Positions 56,501 to 64,000 of a stretch of 64,000 nt of DNA are shown here, one piece after another. The notes below the pieces were generated by a model that ran no database searches, had not been told where the DNA came from, and saw only the letters and a list, made by a program, of their open reading frames with translations. How positions within the stretch are numbered: the stretch's first letter is position 1; each line of letters starts with the position of its first letter. This DNA comes from Thermoplasmatota archaeon (GTDB taxonomy: Archaea; Thermoplasmatota; JAKEGO01): NCBI GenBank assembly GCA_028279595.1, contig JANQNK010000003.1, positions 192,001 through 256,000 of the forward strand, read 5' to 3'. The position numbers and the translations under genes were made by a program.

Positions 56501-59500
56501 ATGAAGAGAGCGATAACTATCTGTCTGCTAGCGGTCGCATTCCTTGCGGTCGTTGCGATGTTCATGCCCGGAGCGGAGGCAGTGAACAGGACGTGGACCG
56601 GGTCCACGAACACTGCCTGGGCGAACGGCAACAACTGGAACCCGACAGGGGTTCCGTCGTCGTCCGACCACGTGTTCATACCGAACGTTGCGAACGATCC
56701 GGTGATCTCCGTGGACGCCGAGACGAACAACCTCAGGCTCAATGCCTCGGCACACCTTTCCGTCGATGGGGCGACCCTCGACGTGAACGGTGAGACGTAC
56801 ACGGTGTCGGGCTCGGAGATCGACCTCACCAACAACGCGACGATCGTACATTTCCGCGGGATCGTCCATGCCTACGGAGCGGTGAACTGTTCGGATTCCA
56901 CGACGACGGTCCACTGTCATGACAGCTTCTACATGCACAACAACTACATCTCCGGTCTCTCGACGATCTATGCCGAGGGTTCCGGTTCGTATTACTTCTA
57001 CCAGGGCGGGGCGACGAAGGATTACTACGACTTCGTCGTCAACGGCTCGTCGACCGATGCCAGGATGTCCGCCCCATGGTCGGTCGTAAAGAACAACCTG
57101 ACTGTCGCCGACGGGGTCTTCGACCCGTACGCGCGGACGACCTTGATACGGGGCAACCTCATTGTGGACGGCGAGCTCGAGATGTCCCGGGCGGCGGACG
57201 AGATAATCGTCAAGGGCGACATCCATTTCAACAACGGGAGCACGACCGACGTGTCCACTGGTGTCCTGTCCTGCTGGGGCGAGTGGTACATCAGGGACAC
57301 AGCGGAGATGCAGTTCACTGGCAGCCACGAGAGCATCATGAACGGGTCGACGATGACATGGCACACGATGGAGTGCCACAGTCCGGACAGTCACTTCAAC
57401 ATGCTCTCGATCGAAAAGACTGGGAACAACGTGGAACTCGCCGGAACGGAGCCCGTGAACGTCACTGACGATCTCAGGATAGAAATGAGCGTCCAGAACC
57501 AGATATTCGACGTTTATCACGGAGGCCTTGTCGTCCATGGAGACGTCGCAGTGAACAGGGGAGGTTTCGAGTTCTGGGGCGTCGGCGTGGCGGACGTCAT
57601 GGGAAATGTGACCGTGGCAACGGTCGGGAAGATCCGTTTCGAGAACGTGGGACGCCTGAACGTCGGTCGGAACCTCACCCTCAACGGAGACCTGTTCTTC
57701 AGCCACACCAACGGAGGCACGACCTCCGTGGATGGTATCACCTGGATCCAGAACGGCGGGCAGATCGTATACAATAGCCAGTTCGGCGAGTTCCTCGCCG
57801 GGGGTGCGATCTACCTCAACAACACATGCTCGATCGACATGTCCGCTGGCAATGCATACCTGAACCAGACCCTGAACAGCTTCTTCTATGTCAGGGACCT
57901 GGTCAACCTCAGGAACGACGACGCCCGCCTCAATATCGGACACATGTGGATAACTGGCGGCGGACATGTGAATTGCCATGGTTACTCTCCCGAGATCGGA
58001 GTGAAGAACCACTGGTACGATTACGGGACGTTCACCCACGGTACGTCCACCGTGACCTTCACCGAGACCTGGACATTCCTATACAACGAATTCGCCTTCT
58101 GGAACGTCGTCGTCGACAAGTTATGGAAGATGCAGCTGAGCGATGACACGACGATCAACGGGACGTTGGTGGTCGACGGCGGGACGCTGGACATCTACGA
58201 CGAATCCCTCAGGGTCAACGGCAGCGGACCACTCAACTATGGAGGTACGGATTACACCGGTCTCGTCGTCCTCGACGGCGCGATCGAGATGGACGACGCA
58301 GCGGACTTCATAGAGGTCAACAGCGATGTCTACTGGGGTGCAGACTCGACGGCCATCATTACCAACGGAACCATCAACTGTACCGGCAACTGGACCTTCG
58401 CTTCCGGGTCGGATGTCAACCTGACCGGAAGGAACACCGTCAACCTCAACGGGAGTGTGAACCTGGTCTTCTCTGGAGACCTCGACCGTTACCTCTGGAC
58501 CAATTCGACATCGTCGAGTTTCAACCACCTGAACATCACCGGATGGGGGACCATTTTCGGTGACGAGGTCGTCACATGGATCGACGGTACCGAGACGGTG
58601 GTGGTCGACGGCCACCTCAGCAAGTTCGGTAGAGGTGGCGACGTGATCATGGGCTCGTCGGCGTTCGAGGTCTGGGGGAACGTCAACATCTCCGAGGGTC
58701 TGATATGGCTCGACGGTCCGGGCTCCATCGACGTACACGGGGACCTGTTCGTCTACGATGACATCGGAGGAGTTTCCGATGACGGGACCTTGTGGTTAGG
58801 GGCGAACGCCACAAAGACCGGCGAAGGCACAGTCGATGTGGCCGGAAGGTTCTGGACCTCGGGCAGAGTTTCGTTCCGCGGGCTTGGCGGGAACCTCACG
58901 GTTGCCGAGTACCTCACCATTGCGTCAATGGGCGGCCTGGAGTTCGTCGGGACCGCCGGGAACATCTCGACCCATACGATCTACAAGGAAGGGGGAAGCG
59001 GATTCGCGATCTACTCCAACGATACCACGATCGACGTGCACGACCTCATAGTCAACACGAGCATGGTGGTCGGGAAGCGTAAGACCCCGACATTCCTGAT
59101 CTCGGGCGACTTCGACTGGGCGGGTTCCCTGTGGATCGAGCCAGGCCACTCCGAGTTCAGGCTCGATGGGACCGGGAGCCAGACAATGGACAGCGGGTTC
59201 ACCTACTGGGGCGTCGTCATCGACAAGCCGTCCGGGGATGCGGACTGGGATGGTCACATCTTCGTGGAGAGCTACTTCGCGGTACACCGGGGCGGTTTCG
59301 AGCTGGACAACAAGGTGTTGAGGGTGTACGGCAATGGAACGACGGCGGACGGTTACTCCAGGGGGACCGGTCTCTTCCGCGGGTTCATCGTCGAGGACGC
59401 CTACTTCAACATGACCACTGCCAATGCCAACCTGTGGGTACGGACGGTATATCTCTTCTCCGGAAGCAAGGGCAACTTCAGCGACGGTCAGATCCATTGC

Positions 59501-62500
59501 AACTACTACTGGTACGTCGAGGTCGGGTCGTTCATCAACATGACCGGGACGACGACATACTTCGACGGCGATCCGAGCAGTTTCCTCTATGTCTATTCCC
59601 CAGTGTTCAGCTTCTACCGCCTCATCATCGCGAAGGACAGCGTATACGCCATGACCATCGGGAGCATCCACACTCAACTAGTGGTGGTGAAGGACAACCT
59701 CACGGTGAACATGGGCGGCTACGAGGACCCGGTGAACGTCAGGGGAGACCTGTTCGTGGGCGGTCATCTCGAGGTCAGGGAAGGCGTGATGCACTTCTAC
59801 GACGAGAGCAACACGAGGGTCAAGAGGGGCATGTACATCAATGGCGATGGTTCATCGAAGTTCGGTCATGCGATCGGTGGCGCGAACCTCGACATAGGCG
59901 GGGAGCTCTCCATCGCGGGTTACGGTATGCACTTCAACGACACCGGAGGGAACGTGACAGTGGGCTGCACCACGTGGATCGATTCCGTCCTCGGCTTCAA
60001 CGCCGAGAACGGGAACGTCACGACGTTCTCGACATACGAGATCGAGGTGAATGGTACTGGTATCCTTTACGTCGCATCCAACGAGACCTACATCTCCACC
60101 GACCTGGACATCAGCTATTCCGGGACGATCCGGGTCGAGGACGAGGCGAAGCCGAGGTTCACTGTGCGCGATGACTGGCACTCCGGCGGCGGGACCTTCC
60201 AGTCCGGCATGAGTGAGGTCTGGTTCGAGGGGGACCTCTACCAGTACATCTCACCCGAGCGGTTCTGGATCGTCGTGATCAATAAGACCGACTTCAACGC
60301 CTATCCATCCGGAGCGAACCTGACCATCAAGTCTTGCCTCTTCGTCCTCCAGGGGGTCTACGATGCATGGTTGCACACGACCCACGTCAACATGTCATCG
60401 CCTGGATTCCTCTACAACGGGACCTACTACACAGGTTTCGTCAACTACGGCGGAGTCCTCAGGATGACCAATACCCAGAGCGTCATGGACATCAACGGTC
60501 CAACGGTTTGGGGTCCGATGAGCCAGGACGACATCCAGGATGGGGAGATGTACTGCAACGGTTCCTGGAACTTCACGGCCGGTTCCCAGGCGAGCCTCGA
60601 CAACATCACCGTGACGTTCGACGGGAACAACTACGACACGTACTTCAACTGGGTGACCGTCCAGTCCCACAGCACGATGAGCTACTTCACGGACCTCGTC
60701 CTGTCGAGGGATTCGGGACAGGGGGTCGCTCTCGATCATCCTTCGACAGTACCCCTTCTGGTGGAGGGGGATATCGTCTCAAGTGGCAATTTCGCAGTCC
60801 TCCATTCGACCATGAACGTCACTGGCAGCTGGAACCAGACTGCAGGGCTCCTCATGGTGAACACGGAATTCTGGAACGTGGTCGGAACGACCCACCTGTT
60901 CATCGGCGGTGATCTGTACGTTCAATCCGGTGCTACCCTCTATTACCAATCCAATTACTTCAACAGCACCATAGAATGTGCGGACCTGGTGATAAATGGA
61001 ACTCTCACGGTCTCCTCGATGCTACACCAGAACTGGCTGAACGCGAGCGGGTCATCGGTCATCAGCGGGATCGCCAACATATTCGGTCTCGGAGCCTGGA
61101 ACACAGGCGGAACACTGACCATCGCCACGGGAGCCTCAGTCTACGTTTCCGGAAACAGATACCACATCAATGCATCACTATCCGTGATTCTGCAAAGCGG
61201 TACCAACACAAGGCTCTACTCCGACGGCGTACACCTGAGGGCGGGAGCCTATTTCTCCCTCTTCGGCACGCTAGACTGCGATGGCTTTACCCCCGAGATA
61301 CATGTCGGCGCCGACTGGTCGTCCAGTCCGGGAGCCACCTTCGATCCGGGAGAGAGCACGGTCTTCTTCGAGGGCACTGGTGTAAGCACTACCATCGACA
61401 ACACCGAGAGGTTCCACAACATCCACGTCGACATCGTATCAAGGAACCTCACCCTCGTGACGGGCGACATATCATGTCACGACCTGAACCTGACCTCGGG
61501 GACGATCGAGCTCGACGATCACAGCCTGACGGTCCGAAACGACTTCTTCGGTCACGATAGGTTCGAGATGGACGGCGATATCTGGTTCAACGTCAGCGGC
61601 AACGTCAACTGGCACAACGGGAGTGTTGCTGATATCATCCGGGGCTCCTGCATCGTTTCCGAGGACCTCTTGATAGATAACGGAGCAGACGTAACCTACG
61701 GACCATCGTCACTCCTGAGGTTCAACAGCAGCAGAACGAGCCGATGGTTGAACAACGATCCAGGATCGGACTTCGGCGATGTCGAGATCAACAAATCGAG
61801 CCGTCTGTATGCCGTCCGGGGCTATACGATATACATGGACAGCCTCGCTGTCAACAACAAGGGATCCCAACTCCAGATACACCTGCAAACGCAACGCATC
61901 GTCGTTGATGGAGACCTTGAACTCATACGGGGAACACTCAACCCGCACACTAATTCGAATGTCACAGTGAACGGGACATTGACATGCCATAATCGATCAT
62001 TCCTCGATCTCGAATGGACAACCCTCAATGCAGATACCCTCATCATCGATGGGAAGATGTACCTCAATGGTACTTCAGGCGATGTCTGGGTCGGTGGCTC
62101 TGCATACATCCCGGGAAGCGAGATCATTTGGAACAGGGTCTCCGATATGATCGTCCTTGGTGATATGTGGGTCAACATCACGGGCATCGTGAACATGAGT
62201 GCCTCCTCCGGCTACCTCGAGATATTCGGGGACCTCAACATATACGGCCTCGTCGATCTGTCCAACGATTACGCCACCCTGACCGTGCATGGAGACCTGC
62301 AGGTCTGGCCACTTGGCGGCGGGACACTCAGAGTAAGGGACAATGCGGAACCGGATATCTATCTGTACGGTCACTTCAACGGCCTCGGACCGGCCTCTGT
62401 CTTCGAACCAGGCCATTCGGTATTCCATCTGATGGGCCCCAACTATCAGAGCCTCGAGGACCGGTTCGATTACTGGGGCGTCGTGGTCGAGAAGAACGGC

Positions 62501-64000
62501 TCATACGCGCGGTTCGAGGGGAACCCGGGAAACACCGCCCACATCCGATCGTTCCTTGTGATCGAGACGGGAACGTTCAACCTGATGGACGCTTCTGTCA
62601 TGGTCAATTCCAGCGGCAGCGGTCACTCGATATGGCCAGACTCCTTCGTGGGTTTCGCGAACTACGGTGGATACTTCGTCATGTCGAACGAGAACGGGTC
62701 CCTGGATGTCAATGGACCCGTCTACTGGGGCGATACCTCCACCGAATACATCACTGATGGCGACATCCACGTATCTGGCAATTGGCACATAGAGAGCGGA
62801 GCCCTCATGACCCTGACCGACAAGAACCATGTGCATTTCGATGGGAACGAGTCTGCGATGTACTACGGATACGCCAACGGCTCCCAGTTCCGGAACGTCA
62901 CCGTCGAGAAGGACCCGACCCTTGCCCTGACCTTCGGGGGCGGGATCATGAACGTCACCCACACATTGACGATCGATTCGACGGCTGGTATCGACGTCTG
63001 GAACTCGACCCTCGAGGCATTCGGCATCGTCCACGACGATGGCGAGTTGAACGTCTCAGGACCTGACGGAGAGCTGTACGTCTGGGACACCATCGCGATG
63101 GACAGTACCTCTACTCTGTCCATGAGCAACGATTCCTATGCCTACATCAAGGACTTCACGGGAATGGGCACGATCTGGCTCGGGAACAGGACGAACCTGA
63201 CGATAGTGGACGATCTGTGGATGCCCACCGGAACCCTGAATCCAGGGAGGTCCGTCGTACACTTCACGGGAGGAGCAGCCACGAGCATCGATATCGGTGG
63301 GTCCTTCCACGACCTCACCGCGGATAAATCCGGGATAACCCAGGTCGGTCTGAACGACGAGACCTTCATCGAGGGCGACCTGACTATACTGATGGCCGCC
63401 TTCTACCCGCAGGCTCACAACATCCACATCGGCGGCGACTTCTACTGCTCACCCTCCGCGTGGTTCGCCCAGGCCTCATCCGATCCGGGAGAGGTGATAT
63501 TCAATGGCATGAAGGTCCAGTACCTCAGGTCCGGCGGAACGAACTCCAACCACGACTTCCAGAACATCACGGTCAAGGGAACCGGCACCGAGGTCCGTGT
63601 CGTCGATCACTCGATGTCGATAACTGACAGACTGACGATCGGGAGCGGGACCGAGTTCAGGTTCGCCGCTGACAACGAGACGTTCTACACCGGATCCGGC
63701 GGCGTGATCAATGATGGCGTGTTCAGGGTCATCTCAGACCACGGTCCCATCGATTTCGAGGTCTATGCAGGAAGCGACATCATCAACAACGGGTCGATGC
63801 ACCTCGTGGATGCGTCATGGACAAGAGCAATTCATGTCTACTCCTCGTCACCGGGGACGCAGTGGAACCTGATCGACAACACCGCCTCCAAATCGGTTCC
63901 GAACGTCTTCCACGCGAACGTCTCGGACTCCGACGCCACAGGTGGGAACACCATCTATGCTGGCAGCGGGTACAACCATGACGACGGGAACAACGACAAC
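56501..64000 (+). CDS. Giant secreted beta-solenoid/adhesin-like surface protein, at least 2500 aa, truncated by the window end; absent from the ORF track
   Basis: ATG 56501 with signal peptide MKRAITICLLAVAFLAVVAMFMPGAEA and cap RTWTGSTNTAWANGNNWNPTGVP. Frame spot-checked open at 60002, 61802 and 63962. Recurring G.W...G.F..G.S.V.F.G and F..V.I.K motifs, many N-x-S/T sequons. Confidence 0.85.
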   Translation, partial: MKRAITICLLAVAFLAVVAMFMPGAEAVNRTWTGSTNTAWANGNNWNPTGVPSSSDHVFIPNVANDPVISVDAETNNLRLNASAHLSVDGATLDVNGETYTVSGSEIDLTNNATIVHFRGIVHAYGAVNCSDSTTTVHCHDSFYMHNNYISGLSTIYAEGSGSYYFYQGGATKDYYDFVVNGSSTDARMSAPWSVVKNNLTVADGVFDPYARTTLIRGNLIVDGELEMSRAADEIIVKGDIHFNNGSTTDVSTGVLSCWGEWYIRDTAEMQFTGSHESIMNGSTMTWHTMECHSPDSHFNMLSIEKTGNNVELAGTEPVNVTDDLRIEMSVQNQIFDVYHGGLVVHGDVAVNRGGFEFWGVGVADVMGNVTVATVGKIRFENVGRLNVGRNLTLNGDLFFSHTNGGTTSVDGITWIQNGGQIVYNSQFGEFLAGGAIYLNNTCSIDMSAGNAYLNQTLNSFFYVRDLVNLRNDDARLNIGHMWITGGGHVNCHGYSPEIGVKNHWYDYGTFTHGTSTVTFTETWTFLYNEFAFWNVVVDKLWKMQLSDDTTINGTLVVDGGTLDIYDESLRVNGSGPLNYGGTDYTGLVVLDGAIEMDDAADFIEVNSDVYWGADSTAIITNGTINCTGNWTFASGSDVNLTGRNTVNLNGSVNLVFSGDLDRYLWTNSTSSSFNHLNITGWGTIFGDEVVTWIDGTETVVVDGHLSKFGRGGDVIMGSSAFEVWGNVNISEGLIWLDGPGSIDVHGDLFVYDDIGGVSDDGTLWLGANATKTGEGTVDVAGRFWTSGRVSFRGLGGNLTVAEYLTIASMGGLEFVGTAGNISTHTIYKEGGSGFAIYSNDTTIDVHDLIVNTSMVVGKRKTPTFLISGDFDWAGSLWIEPGHSEFRLDGTGSQTMDSGFTYWGVVIDKPSGDADWDGHIFVESYFAVHRGGFELDNKVLRVYGNGTTADGYSRGTGLFRGFIVEDAYFNMTTANANLWVRTVYLFSGSKGNFSDGQIHCNYYWYVEVGSFINMTGTTTYFDGDPSSFLYVYSPVFSFYRLIIAKDSVYAMTIGSIHTQLVVVKDNLTVNMGGYEDPVNVRGDLFVGGHLEVREGVMHFYDESNTRVKRGMYINGDGSSKFGHAIGGANLDIGGELSIAGYGMHFNDTGGNVTVGCTTWIDSVLGFNAENGNVTTFSTYEIEVNGTGILYVASNETYISTDLDISYSGTIRVEDEAKPRFTVRDDWHSGGGTFQSGMSEVWFEGDLYQYISPERFWIVVINKTDFNAYPSGANLTIKSCLFVLQGVYDAWLHTTHVNMSSPGFLYNGTYYTGFVNYGGVLRMTNTQSVMDINGPTVWGPMSQDDIQDGEMYCNGSWNFTAGSQASLDNITVTFDGNNYDTYFNWVTVQSHSTMSYFTDLVLSRDSGQGVALDHPSTVPLLVEGDIVSSGNFAVLHSTMNVTGSWNQTAGLLMVNTEFWNVVGTTHLFIGGDLYVQSGATLYYQSNYFNSTIECADLVINGTLTVSSMLHQNWLNASGSSVISGIANIFGLGAWNTGGTLTIATGASVYVSGNRYHINASLSVILQSGTNTRLYSDGVHLRAGAYFSLFGTLDCDGFTPEIHVGADWSSSPGATFDPGESTVFFEGTGVSTTIDNTERFHNIHVDIVSRNLTLVTGDISCHDLNLTSGTIELDDHSLTVRNDFFGHDRFEMDGDIWFNVSGNVNWHNGSVADIIRGSCIVSEDLLIDNGADVTYGPSSLLRFNSSRTSRWLNNDPGSDFGDVEINKSSRLYAVRGYTIYMDSLAVNNKGSQLQIHLQTQRIVVDGDLELIRGTLNPHTNSNVTVNGTLTCHNRSFLDLEWTTLNADTLIIDGKMYLNGTSGDVWVGGSAYIPGSEIIWNRVSDMIVLGDMWVNITGIVNMSASSGYLEIFGDLNIYGLVDLSNDYATLTVHGDLQVWPLGGGTLRVRDNAEPDIYLYGHFNGLGPASVFEPGHSVFHLMGPNYQSLEDRFDYWGVVVEKNGSYARFEGNPGNTAHIRSFLVIETGTFNLMDASVMVNSSGSGHSIWPDSFVGFANYGGYFVMSNENGSLDVNGPVYWGDTSTEYITDGDIHVSGNWHIESGALMTLTDKNHVHFDGNESAMYYGYANGSQFRNVTVEKDPTLALTFGGGIMNVTHTLTIDSTAGIDVWNSTLEAFGIVHDDGELNVSGPDGELYVWDTIAMDSTSTLSMSNDSYAYIKDFTGMGTIWLGNRTNLTIVDDLWMPTGTLNPGRSVVHFTGGAATSIDIGGSFHDLTADKSGITQVGLNDETFIEGDLTILMAAFYPQAHNIHIGGDFYCSPSAWFAQASSDPGEVIFNGMKVQYLRSGGTNSNHDFQNITVKGTGTEVRVVDHSMSITDRLTIGSGTEFRFAADNETFYTGSGGVINDGVFRVISDHGPIDFEVYAGSDIINNGSMHLVDASWTRAIHVYSSSPGTQWNLIDNTASKSVPNVFHANVSDSDATGGNTIYAGSGYNHDDGNNDN

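Noticed and set aside
56419-63427. Minus-strand and off-frame ORFs such as 56528..58039 and 59131..60174
   Set aside because: Shadows of the giant plus-strand gene starting at 56501.
1-64000. CRISPR array, rRNA, transposase, reverse transcriptase/DGR, pyrrolysine readthrough
   Set aside because: No regularly spaced repeats, rRNA-like tracts or RT/transposase motifs seen by eye. The TAG-ending genes checked have complete domains and are followed by genes in other frames.

Overview
Archaeal DNA, most likely from a GC-rich Thermoplasmatota lineage. This is inferred from an L41e gene, a tRNA-Trp carrying a C/D-box intron, a single-OB SSB, PEF-CTERM sorting signals, DUF835 and KaiC-like proteins, and GGTGA ribosome-binding sites. 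From left to right: (1) the right end of an AT-rich integrated element (1-~4575) with a nucleotide-cyclase-like gene, a small membrane protein, an orphan HEPN gene and a tyrosine integrase, abutting the 3' end of tRNA-Trp(CCA); (2) core and envelope genes: an rpl41e missed by the ORF track, a beta-propeller surface protein, SSB, CBS protein, MscS, wHTH, two PEF-CTERM beta-helix proteins and a membrane-anchored subtilase; (3) a ~37 kb co-oriented signal-transduction supercluster (15640-52918) with 9 histidine kinases of two alternating classes, 5 stand-alone receivers and a kinase-less 1869-aa PAS/GAF array, whose outputs are a KaiC-like ATPase, a MetOD1-like domain, a PAS-DUF835-wHTH protein and an RHH protein; (4) a small zinc-ribbon gene, an ABC transporter and a membrane protein; (5) the first 2500 codons of a giant secreted beta-solenoid protein with a structured leader, running off the window end. 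All domain calls come from recognising motifs by eye. No database searches were run.
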